A stretch of 64,000 nucleotides of DNA from Alloascoidea hylecoeti (taxonomy: Eukaryota), in assembly GCA_001600815.1 (NCBI GenBank), contig BCKZ01000016.1, positions 237,077 through 301,076 on the forward strand. Reading direction: 5' to 3'. The position numbers and the translations under genes are program-made. Each line of letters begins with the position of its first letter. Within the stretch, counting starts at the first letter, position 1. Shown in pieces: positions 34,225 to 45,228 of this stretch. A model generated the notes under the pieces. That model did no database searches and had not been told where the DNA came from. It saw only the letters and a program-made list of their open reading frames with translations.

Positions 34225-35805
34225 ATGAGTAAAACGGAAGAATTTGTTAGTGTAAAAGTCGATAAAAGTTCAGATTCTTCTCATAATCATCAAATAATTA
34301 CTGATGACTTGGATGATGGTGTCAAAAGAAGTCTACAAACGAGACATTTGTCTATGATGGCTTTGGCTGGGATTATTGGCCCGGGCCTTCTCGTAGGTAC
34401 AGGTAATGCTCTCAAAAATGGTGGTCCAGCGGCATTAATCATTGGATTTGGTGTAATCGGGATTCTTGCTTTTTGTGTTATGCAATCTGTTGGAGAAATA
34501 ACTACCCTATATCCTACAAAGGGAGCTTTCAACACCCTAGCCGATCGATTTGTTGATAAATCGTTGGGGTTTGCAGTGGGTTGGAACTACTTTATTATAT
34601 GGATGACTGTTTTAGCAAATGAGTATAATGTTTTACCAAACTTATTAAACTTTTGGACTGACGATGTTCCTAGTTGGGGATTTTTTCTAATCATGTGGTT
34701 CGTTTTCTTGGGCTTTCAGTTTCTAGGTGTTAGAGCTTTTGGCGAATCTGAATTTTGGTTAGCTTTGATTAAACTGATAGGTCTTACAGCATATTTTATT
34801 TTTTCTATAGTCTACATGGCTGGTGGTGTAAAAGGCGCTGATGCTATTGGATTTAAGTATTGGAATAATCCAGGTGCTTTTTCTGACGGTATTAAAGGTG
34901 TTGCTAGCGTTTTTGTGTATTGTTCTACTTTCTATGCTGGTGTCGAAGCAATTGCCATAGCTGCAACCGAAACTTCAAATCCAAAGAAGGCAGTACCAAT
35001 TGCTGTAAAACAAGTATTTTGGCGTATAATTTTTATTTATATGGGTGCGGCTATCTTCTATGGTGCTACGTGTCCTTGGAATGACCCACTCCTTTCAAGT
35101 AGTAATGGAAGGGCTCTCAAGAGTCCAATCACTGTTGCTATAACTAATGCTGGTTGGGCCGGTGGGAAGCATTTAGTCAATGCTTTCATTCTCATTACAT
35201 GTTTATCTGCCGTTAACAGTTGTATTTATATTGGCTCAAGAACTGTTTTATTCCTGGCAAAGGATGGTAAGGCTCCAAAATTCTTGGGGTGGACAGATAA
35301 AAGAGGTGTTCCAATTCCTGCCATTGTGTTTTTTAATCTATGGGGTGTGATAAGTTTAATGAATTTAAAAACTGGCGCCGCTGATGCATTTGGCTATATT
35401 ATTAATCTCAGTGGTGTTTCTACTTTCTTAGTTTGGGGATCAATCTCTTTCATTCATATAAAGTTTAGAAGAGCCTGGATAGCTCAAGGGCATTCAATAG
35501 ACGAACTACCTTATAAAGCAGCCTATTATCCCTATACTGCGTGGATTGGTTTAATTTTCAATTCTTTCTTAGCTTTAGTTCAGGGATGGGCAGTATTCAA
35601 ACCATTCGACGCTAAAACCTTCGTTGACGCATATATATTGCTCCCCTTTTTCTTTATATTGTTTTTTGGTTTCAAATTTTGGTTTAAGACAAAATGGCTT
35701 GGTCCGTTGGAAGTCGACTTAGATACAGACAGAAGAATTTATGTGGATGATAATGTTATCGAGGAAAAGTTACCTCTTTGGAAACGAATGAAAAATTCAC
35801 TTTGA
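34225..35805 (+). CDS. AGP3: Amino-acid permease (YAT/APC family), Agp3-like
   Basis: RHLSMMALAGIIGPGLLVG, VLANEYN, AGWAGGKHLVNAFILITC and FVDAYILLP are characteristic of the Agp3 clade. Confidence 0.8.
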   Translation: MSKTEEFVSVKVDKSSDSSHNHQIITDDLDDGVKRSLQTRHLSMMALAGIIGPGLLVGTGNALKNGGPAALIIGFGVIGILAFCVMQSVGEITTLYPTKGAFNTLADRFVDKSLGFAVGWNYFIIWMTVLANEYNVLPNLLNFWTDDVPSWGFFLIMWFVFLGFQFLGVRAFGESEFWLALIKLIGLTAYFIFSIVYMAGGVKGADAIGFKYWNNPGAFSDGIKGVASVFVYCSTFYAGVEAIAIAATETSNPKKAVPIAVKQVFWRIIFIYMGAAIFYGATCPWNDPLLSSSNGRALKSPITVAITNAGWAGGKHLVNAFILITCLSAVNSCIYIGSRTVLFLAKDGKAPKFLGWTDKRGVPIPAIVFFNLWGVISLMNLKTGAADAFGYIINLSGVSTFLVWGSISFIHIKFRRAWIAQGHSIDELPYKAAYYPYTAWIGLIFNSFLALVQGWAVFKPFDAKTFVDAYILLPFFFILFFGFKFWFKTKWLGPLEVDLDTDRRIYVDDNVIEEKLPLWKRMKNSL

Positions 35806-37614
35806 TGGCTTTCTATATGTTTTATTGTATAGCTATAGTTTATGATTTTAATTGCATCGTGTTTTGAATTCGAACTACTTACCAGAACAGGCAGAAGGTA
35901 TTGTTATTAGATTATACAGCTACAGTTTTAATCCTTATCACGATCCTTTTTCATATATATTGACTATCATATTCATAATTATATTATAATGTGATCATGA
36001 ATGTTAGAGTTGTGTTTTGTTTTAATATGATTATCTAGATTTTTCTTTCAATAAGTTTCTAGTATAGTGCTAGAATAGTAAATATTAGATTATATAGATA
36101 TTCCCTTTTATAAATTAACCGAGATTACCTTTATTTCCCAACTCGATTTAATCTTATTGTTCAGCTGACAAAACGGAAGTTCAATCCAGATGATCATGAT
36201 GATCTTTTGCCATACTTTTAAGTATCAATAACCCTGATTTCATTTAACTACCACTATTTTTATTTCATTCCTAACATTGCAATTGAGCTAATTATTATTG
36301 TTGAGGAGAAATATCTGTCCTTGTTAAATTTAGGTTATAATATTAAGCAAAGTTTCTGATGGTTTATAATTACTACAATGCTCTAGTCATTATACAAATT
36401 TTGGATTTTAAAAATGAATAACATTTTATTATTGTCTAATGAGCAAGTTAAGTGAGATTTTTTTAAAAATATTTCTCTTCTAACTAAGATAACTAACTAC
36501 AGCTAGTTCCGATGAGTTTTAATGGGCAAAGTGGAGAAAACATCATTTAGAGCTAGTGAGGTCAATATTGGCTTAAGCTTCGGCTCCTTCCTAGGGGTAT
36601 AGAAATCCAAAAAATATCCAGAACCTTCTATCATTTATAAAATTTTCTTTATCTTAATGATATTGTAAAAAAAAAAAGGCTAAGATTTAATTACTTATAT
36701 ATGTCACCAATAAGTTTATGATTCTATGTGATCCTACATGTTTGTGGCGCTACTGTCGAAACCCCAAGTGTAGCAGAAAGTTCCTAGAAATAAGCACTCT
36801 AGCTATAAGTCGAATATCATCTTTTTTTAAATAAAATAATTGCTAGGAAAGACACAAGAGTAATATGTTAGGTGACAAGACTTGTTTGATTGACTTTTCA
36901 ACCTAACCCGAGTGAGATATAAGCTTTGTATGTCTGAGTTAAAAGGGTGATTGCTTAAGTCGATTACAAGTTATTGATTACAAAAGGTTCATATTTTCTT
37001 TTCTTATCTGGAAAGTGAGTGGCTTGTGGTTAGTTCATTTTAAAACTCTCCTTCCTTGGCATTGAAACACGTTCGCGATATATTCCTAACAATTAGACAG
37101 TAAAAACTTCTTGGATTTGTTCATCTCGTTTCCGTCCTATTAATTATAATCATTCCTTTAATATTTATTTTACTTTATTGCTCTCATATTAAATTCTATT
37201 CTTCCCTATGCTTATCGTTAGTTCCTAAAATTGATATCGATATCAGAAAAATTGTAAATTGTAAGTTTGTAAAAGTAGTTATTATATTAATTGTATTTTA
37301 AAGAAAAAGGTTAAGAAGCAAAATCCTTTAAGAGGATTTTGTTCTTTATATAGTTAGCTATGTAAGCGGTATCCAAAAATAATAAAGTGGAGTAAGTGCT
37401 ATAAGAGCATAAGAAAGGTGGGAAGGATTCTCATAGACGTAAAATCACATGATAAATCACGTAGAAATAGAAAGTCTTATAAAGATGACAGGTAAGATAG
37501 AAATGCATATCTTTATTCTTATTTAATTATCCTTTCCTAGACCTTCTTATTTCTTATTATATATCAATTGCAATTTAATTTATGAACAATGTCAATATAG
37601 TGTAGTGTTATAAT

Positions 37615-37990
37615 TAAGGGTGTCAAAATTATTTAATATGTCCATATACAGCCATACAATTCAACCGATCGTTATGGAAGAAGAAAGTCCACCGTTACAA
37701 GATAAATTAAATACTCTCACTAAGGAGAATCTATTGATTCCAATCATAGAAATCTTAGTGAATGAATAAGATAAAAAGAAAGCAAAACAAGCAGATAAAT
37801 CTGAAGTTGTCCAACGCGTCCAACAAAATTGGTCAAATTTTACCCCACGAGGTAAAGGCTGGATCACTCATCATTTCACATTTGACGAAGAATAGAAGTA
37901 TTCTTTTGATCAATATTGCAAATTGGTTTATCCCATATGCATAGTAATCAAAATGATGCTCCCACTCACCTCGCCTCCTTAATTCACTTG
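37615..37990 (+). mobile_element. Possible hAT transposase 5' relic (BED-finger-like)
   Basis: Stop-interrupted frame from ATG 37674: ..GWITHHFTFDEE*KYSFDQYCKLVY, then PTHLASLIHL after a frameshift. Preceded by AAGGGTGTCAAAA. Confidence 0.3.
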
Positions 37991-38202
37991 TAAAGAATGA
38001 TAGTAGTAGTATTAATAAAATTAATAAAGTTAATAATTAAATTAACAATGATAATGATAATGATAAGGGGAAAAAGGTATATTAAAATTTTTTGTAAGTT
38101 TTCTATTTACTATATGAAATATTCTTTGATATCTTTCAGTGTAATTTCATATCCATATAGATTTATTAGATGAGTATTGTTACATTATCTACCTAAATCC
38201 TA

Positions 38203-38614
38203 CTACCGGAAATATGGCAGCATGCATATAAACCCTCCAAATATATTGAGGTAACATACAAAATTGCTTTCACCAAATCTAATACATTCTTTTGGAATTA
38301 ATCCAATGTAATTGCATTCACATTGGTGATCGTTCGCATCACATAGATCAAACATATTGATGAACAACTTATGACAGTCCAGGTATTTTTCTTCAGTCTA
38401 TACATGTATATGTTATATTAGAATAACCAAAAAAAAACCTGAGTGCTGTAGTTCTCATACACAGAGATTTCCAACCTCCTAAAAAAAAGAAATGGGTATT
38501 TGTATGTAGAACGTTGTGGGAGACGCAAACCCGGAGAAATATACCAAACTTACAGATTACATAGATTATATAAATTTGATATGGAAGATCATATATTTGG
38601 CTAATATAGTACAT
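38203..38614 (-). pseudogene. Candidate spliced small Cys-rich (CFEM-like) gene or pseudogene
   Basis: 18-nt exon 38478-38461 (EVGNLC), 63-nt intron GTATGA..CTAAT..TAG, then exon 38397-38203 TEEKYLDCHKLFINMFDLCDANDHQCECNYIGLIPKEC.. First exon uncertain. Confidence 0.45.
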
Positions 38615-39289
38615 TTTTAAAGAAGAAATCAGATCAAGTTTTGGTCTTCAAGAGTGGATTCTTTAATCATAACAAGTTATTGATTGAACTGAAAAAGTGA
38701 CAAGTTTCATGCAGTTCATCATTTTTAGTTGAGTTATTGATTATTGAGTTTTCGACTATCGAGACATCATGTGAGAGTTTGTGTTCTCTTTTAGATATTT
38801 GTTGTCCCTTTTATCTTTTATATATACTTTCGCGTCAAAGTCTAGATATCCAACAGTATTTTATGTTTTTTTGTAAATAACTTTTATTATAACAGACTAA
38901 TAATACTAAAAGTGCTCGGATGTGCCCTGATTGCATATACCCATTCAATAGTGCTTTTAGTCTGTTCTTGAAAATGGTGTCATTGGAAAAGGCGATCTTG
39001 ATAATATTTGTTTTGATTTGGTCTGGTCTATATATAGGCATATACATTGGTATATTTATATAAAAGTGACCAAAAATCTATAATTTTAGTTAGTAACAGA
39101 TCAAATAAATTGAAGATTATAGTACTTTATAACCTAACCAGGTTCCTGAATATTATATATTGGAAAATATGGTTTAGGTCCCATTATAAAATATTATTTA
39201 ATTATGTTCTTCATAATATTGTATAGACAAATTAAAGGCTCATATTATGTGAAGAAGCTTATACCGGTATCTAAGAGATAGCCATAATA

Positions 39290-39510
39290 ATAAGTGACTG
39301 CTACAACCTTTGTAATGTCCGAAATTACTTCTTCTGGTACAGCAACAGCTCAAAATATTGCTACCACATTTGTACACACAAATAGCGCTACCTCTTGGAT
39401 ATATCGATATTATGTTCCACCGGAGATTGTTTTGCGATAGTTTCTAACGGCAAATCACAGTCAGAAAGCACCAAACATGCCAAGCTTCTTGTGATTCTAG
39501 GTAAAAACAT
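39290..39510 (+). mobile_element. Possible LTR-retrotransposon integrase core relic
   Basis: TATAQNIATTFV..WIYRYYVPPEIV resembles TA..IA..F...I.RYG.P.EIVSD; SNGKSQSE in another frame resembles SNGQ.ER. Confidence 0.4.
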
Positions 39511-40134
39511 CTTTTTTCCATGTTTTTCAAAAATCTCACGTATAGAGTTGTTTCTCGCACTGTATATTCTTATCTATTCGACTTCAGTGAAGCGCCTATG
39601 GGTAGACTTTCTCATCGGGAATCTTTCTACAACTTTTAAAATTAATATATAATTGAGTTGATATTTTAGAGTTAAACCTTTTTAGTGCAACCAAAGGATT
39701 ATTTACATATTCAAAGAAATAATCCGAAACAATTTAAAAAGTCAAACATGGAATACAATTTTACGTGTAGGTTTAGGGTTAAAAATTATTTTGAGTCCTA
39801 ATAGAAACCGTTATTGACTATAACTGCCTATAGTAGGTCCTTCATTGTTGAGCAAAGCTTTCTTCTACCTAGAAACGTGCAAACTTTTGATAAACTTTAT
39901 TTGAGAATATCTCATCGAAATATCAATCCATTTTAAACATTCAAAATACAATTGACTCATTTGACTACAGAGCTAAACCAGCTCCTCTTTTATTTCCTTG
40001 GTACAGGCATATACTTATGCTAAAATTAGATTGGTAGAATATAGCAAATCAACTGACGGAAAGCCATAGATAGTTCTCACGCAGGGTCTGGTAAATTTTA
40101 AAAGGGCCTGGTGAAAAAGCAGTAGAAGCTTCAG

Positions 40135-40810
40135 GTGTCCTCCAAAACAACAATTCAGACGACTTTAAATACGGTGAAATTACTGGAAAAACGGCTAAGA
40201 GGTCAATGCTAAACGCACTCCATAGAAAGCGGAGGTTTGAATTTGCAATTACCAAGGATCATATTAATTGGATCTAGACAGCAGATGATTTGAGACGTGT
40301 GATATGCTCGAATGAATCGCCTGCTGCAAAAATGTTTCCAGCTTTACAGCGGCTATAATAATTGTTACTCGTTACCAAAATAACAAGTACCTATGATTAC
40401 TGTGATGGTATGGAGAGCATTTGGGGAAGACAAAAGATCGTTTTGAAGAGGGAAAGAATCATTCAGAGAAGTATCTAGAATAGTACTACAACTGGTAGCA
40501 AAATCTTTCATTCAGGTGCACTTAGAACTTTATTATTTTTGGAGGAAAATTAAATGGAGCAGCCGTGTGCCTGCAAACTCTTCGGACCTAAACCTCATTG
40601 AAAACGCGTAGCACAAGCTTAAAATTTACCTGAAAACCAGACACCTGGAGTTGGTTCAAAGGTGGTATCAAGAAGGTCAAGAATCGTCTTTGGAAGTATT
40701 ACCAGTGCTATGGGATCAGTTAGATACATCACTTTTTGATTGACTCATCACATCCATGTAAAAGCAACTAGAGCTAGTTGTGGCAGCATATTGGGTACTT
40801 ACTACTTAGT
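40135..40810 (+). mobile_element. Degenerate Tc1/mariner (Tc1-type DDE) transposase
   Basis: In order, with stops and frameshifts: HRKRRFEFA..W..ADDLRRVICSNES (WSDES), TVMVWRAF (VMVWG), PANSSDLNLIENA*HKLK (WP.NSPDLNPIENLW), LITSM*KQLELVVAA. TIRs not identified. Confidence 0.85.
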
Positions 40811-41435
40811 TAGCGCTAGACAGGCTAGAGAACATGATTTCTATTTCCGTTTGTAATATTTCTCTAAAAATCGATCCTTTAATCAGGAATTTATTTTCAT
40901 AAATTGTATGTATTTTGCTCCGAAAAACAAAGCTATGCGTAACATCCGATCAAATAAGTTATACACTACAGTATAGGCTTGTATGAATAATTATTGTTGA
41001 TTTGATAATGATTATATCTTATAAAGTTCTTATAGTTTTAATTTTCAAACGTTAGCGTTAATGTCTGACTGTAATTTAATTTAAGAGTAACATACAGAAT
41101 GATAATACATTATAATAATTAATATACTTTAAAAACAACGTTTTTTGACTGGAATATTATTAATAATATATGGGGACTATCATATTAGTCTCATCGGTAC
41201 GTATGTAATTATACATGTATGTTTATTAGCTTTATCCACGACTAGATGTATGTGATTGATATTTTTAAACGGAAAATATCATCCCGAAAATTTTGATATC
41301 CGATCGATATACAGAGCAAATTAGATCCGAAAATATTTGGGATTAATTATTAATGTGGTATCTAAAATTTTTGAAAGTCAAAAGTATAAACTTATATGAT
41401 TATAATTACTTTGGTAATCTAAAATTCTATATATA

Positions 41436-41514
41436 ATGACGGAGGCATATTAACAGGCCTGATAACAGAATAGATTGAATGGCGTAATCAGTCCTGTTTA
41501 TCTGGCCCCGTCAT
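41436..41514. repeat. Imperfect inverted repeat: 31-bp arms (25/31 ungapped), 17-nt spacer
   Basis: ATGACGGAGGCATATTAACAGGCCTGATAAC versus the reverse complement ATGACGGGGCCAGATAAACAGGACTGATTAC. Confidence 0.8.
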
Positions 41515-42484
41515 ATAATCTATATTTTTTGTTATGATCGCAATATTTATTAGCCAACATGATCTAGGACCGAAAGAATAGTCGCATTATGACACAATGT
41601 TACAGGTAACCTAATAGTTCTCCTTATCCTTTGCTTTCCTTGAGATGGTTTCGATATCTGAGAATCATGATTAAACTTATAAACATTTGTGAAATATGCA
41701 TTTTTGTTACATGATTATGAACTGGACTACATGTTTCTGTCCACTGGAAACAAGTTCCAGGCTTTATACTTATAACCAGAACTAGCTATATTATAAAGAG
41801 AAATTTCCCAGTTTATTCCTTGCGAACTTCGCAAATTACTAAAGCCTTATAGAAGACAAGCTCTGATTAAATTTAGGTTATAGTTTCGCAGAATCACAGA
41901 GTCAGTCACACATGTCCATTATCTGTAAACACTGTAGTGATTGATATTTCATGTTTGTTTGCTCTCCAGCTACTAGCTGTTCATGTATTCATGATTAATA
42001 TTTCAAGTTTGTTTGCTATTCCTGTAGCAAATACTTTAGCTAGGTATGATTGATGCATTCATGATAACAACAGTTACCTGTAATACTAAAACAGTATAAT
42101 GCATATATACCGGTGATCTACAATCCTTTATAGCCATAGCCACTTTACAATTGCAAAGTATTGAAAAATAGAAATATCGATGGTTTAATTTGGATAATTA
42201 ATTATAATTACTGGTGTATATAAGAAAGCGCAGTATATTGTAATGAATTCTTTATAATAAATATTAATATTGTACCTGGAATTTTCTTCGCTTGCATCGT
42301 AACTGTCATGTCACTCTTATTTCAAAAAACACGGCCCAAACCGGAAATATTTAATTAAGTCATGTGCATGTACTTAAACTATATACATTTTTAAGTTTAA
42401 ATACATCTACAAATTTATATATATATAGCCTTCTTCAAATCTCATTAATTCTGTTCTATTTTTGAACCATTTGTTTATTTAATA

Positions 42485-43765
42485 ATGTTCTGTTTTCCAC
42501 CCGCAAATGACTATTCACATATTCAATCATCAAACACAACAATGTTTCAGGACTTATTTTTGGATACTACTTTTCAAGATCCCTCAATTGAAAGTTTAAA
42601 TGATCTTGATGCAGACTATTTCCTTGAGTCGCGTCCTGCAAAAGATTTATCTTTTGATATTGATATGAGAAATGCATTTGAACCTTATTTCCCACCATAT
42701 AATCAAATGGACGACTTTTACTATGGTACTACTGGTGATCCAATTGGAAGCAATATAGTTGAATCTAGTCCTAGGCTTGAAAATAATAACACGGACTCGA
42801 CACTAAACACAATAGTAGACGAATCAAATACTAGTTTAATGGAAGTTTGGGGGAGCCAAAAAATAAACAATATTACCGATAATAGTAACTTGTCGTGCCC
42901 AACGTCCTTTCCTAAAAAATCTTACTCCAACTCCTTTTACGCCGATGAAAACAGTTGTATCCTTAGAGACACACCAGATTTGGATGACTCTATAAGGCCT
43001 ATCAAAAGAGCAAGATCACATAATGATATAAATGTGACACAAGGATCTAATTTTCCCGGTGAAAAAATTGAAAATACTCGATCTGTCTCTACTACAGTTC
43101 ATTCGAATAAAACACCCACCAGACAATCACAAGACAAAGTTTTCAAACCTGTAGCTCTTTCCAAGTCGATGAGCAGTAAGAGTTGCTTTCAGCATAACGC
43201 TGGAAACCCTTTTTATGTGCCTCCGTCTTATCTTTCCTCAAGAAGGTCGTCATCATCTTCTTCTAAGAGCTCTGTTTCTAGTGTTTCCTTGGGCTCTTCA
43301 TATTCTTCTAATATTAATAATTCAAATAGCATTCTTAGAACCCCGTCACCAGCTTCTTCATCTCGATCTAGATCTAAGGACACTATAACGGTGTATGCCA
43401 AATCTTCCCCCATAAGTTGTGACAATATCAACACTCAGCTTCAAACTGTAAGCAGAAATCAGTCAAAAAGCAATTCGAAAATATTTGTTAATGATACCTC
43501 CTCAAAAGAAGATATTGTGAAGAAGACTACGAATATTTCACCGATTGATCACACAGTGGTAGCTTTCCGAGTAGCGAACTTCCAACAAAATAAAACTTGT
43601 GATCACTATAGATCAGGATCCAAATCGCTTTTTGGGAGCAGGAATTCCGGTTCCAATAGCAAAAGGAAGAAAAGCATCAATTTAAAATCCAATAAAACAA
43701 CAATTCCGGAATGCACTATGTTTTACACATTCAACATCCACACCGGTTGTTCGCTTGAATTATAA
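42485..43765 (+). CDS. Hypothetical protein (acidic N-terminus, Ser-rich middle, basic C-terminus)
   Basis: 426-aa ORF in AT-rich surroundings with a TATATA run ~65 bp upstream; no domain recognised. Confidence 0.75.
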   Translation: MFCFPPANDYSHIQSSNTTMFQDLFLDTTFQDPSIESLNDLDADYFLESRPAKDLSFDIDMRNAFEPYFPPYNQMDDFYYGTTGDPIGSNIVESSPRLENNNTDSTLNTIVDESNTSLMEVWGSQKINNITDNSNLSCPTSFPKKSYSNSFYADENSCILRDTPDLDDSIRPIKRARSHNDINVTQGSNFPGEKIENTRSVSTTVHSNKTPTRQSQDKVFKPVALSKSMSSKSCFQHNAGNPFYVPPSYLSSRRSSSSSSKSSVSSVSLGSSYSSNINNSNSILRTPSPASSSRSRSKDTITVYAKSSPISCDNINTQLQTVSRNQSKSNSKIFVNDTSSKEDIVKKTTNISPIDHTVVAFRVANFQQNKTCDHYRSGSKSLFGSRNSGSNSKRKKSINLKSNKTTIPECTMFYTFNIHTGCSLEL

Positions 43766-45228
43766 TATATTCATTAACATTAACCATAGATTGAAATTGA
43801 TCAAAATTGATTAAAAAGATTCTACAGAGCTCTATACTAATTATAATCGTGTTCTGTTTTTACAGTTGCAAATTTAAGCTCTAGTTTTTGCTTCCCTCAA
43901 ATTCGAATTGGCTGGCCATGGTATAAGCTTAAAGGTACACATATGCATGTTACAACACTCTTAATAATATAATTTTGAGAGTTTTTTTTTTACCCCATAT
44001 TTTCATGTTTTTGACTGATAAAGGTGTCAATTTTTTCCTGTGCTTTTGAATGTTTGTTTAGTTGTTTATATTAAGTATCCCAGTATTGTTATAGTCTACG
44101 TTATATAGATCATTGTACCATACCACAGTATTTTATAATTAATTTAAATTTGTTTTCTTAATTTCCAAATACCAGTGCTAGGCTGCTAGCTATAGTCCTG
44201 ATTCACTATTTCAAGTTACATGTTTTTCTTCATCTCTCAATTAAAAGAATAACTTTAGTATGCTCAAGCAATTTCATATATTCATGATCATATAGCTAGT
44301 GATTATCACAAGCTGTGATATCTTTCACAAAATAAAAATGTATGCGTATGCAAGAAATTCCTCTAATATATTTATAACCTCTAAATTTATCCACATCGCT
44401 ATATCTGTAATATTCTGCATACCTTGAAGTTTCGACTTCTTGTAATTGATTGACTAAATGATCATGATATATAATGAATTCAATATCAATATTAATGCTT
44501 GCAATTGCTTTCTTCATATCTGAAAATCGAAATTTATTATAAAAATACCAAACTTAAAAAGGGTGCGTATCTTTGTAATCAGATCTATATAACTCACTTA
44601 GCTATAATTGATCATATATGTCTTACTTATATTAATACTTAAATTTGCTCTTCTACTCTTAAAAATTTATAGATAATTAGTGTCCATGGCAGCTGCAGAG
44701 AAGGAAGTGAAAATCAATTTGACATAAAGCTTAATTAAGTTTCAATATTCTATTAATTATTATGGACAATAATAATATATAATGTATTATACATATAATT
44801 ATTACTGAGCATGTTATAATTAATGCTGATAAAACTATTAATAAAATTATTATAATATTAAATCTTCTGTGCTGTTGGTATTTACAGGTATGAAATATAC
44901 CGGTATAGCTTAATTATGGTATAACTGGTGACGACGGTCTAGTGCTAGCGCTATTACAATTTCAATATCGATCAATGTTATAAAATCTAGAACATAACAG
45001 AAAAGCATACGAATCATCTGGTTGGGTAATTTATTTTAGAAATTTCAAGAGCTCAGATACTAACCTAGAGTTCATAAATTTAAACCCAATTGATATTAGC
45101 CCTAAAGGCCTAAGTGAAATAAAAAAGAAGAAAAAAGAAAAAAGACAAGCCATTTTCAAGGTCGTCAATTTCAGTATCAACACCACATATGAACATATAT
45201 GATTCACAACACAAAATATGCAGTCCAA

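Noticed and set aside
44296..44517. 73-aa ORF in AT-rich intergenic DNA
   Set aside because: No recognisable motif or splice support; cannot be distinguished from chance.
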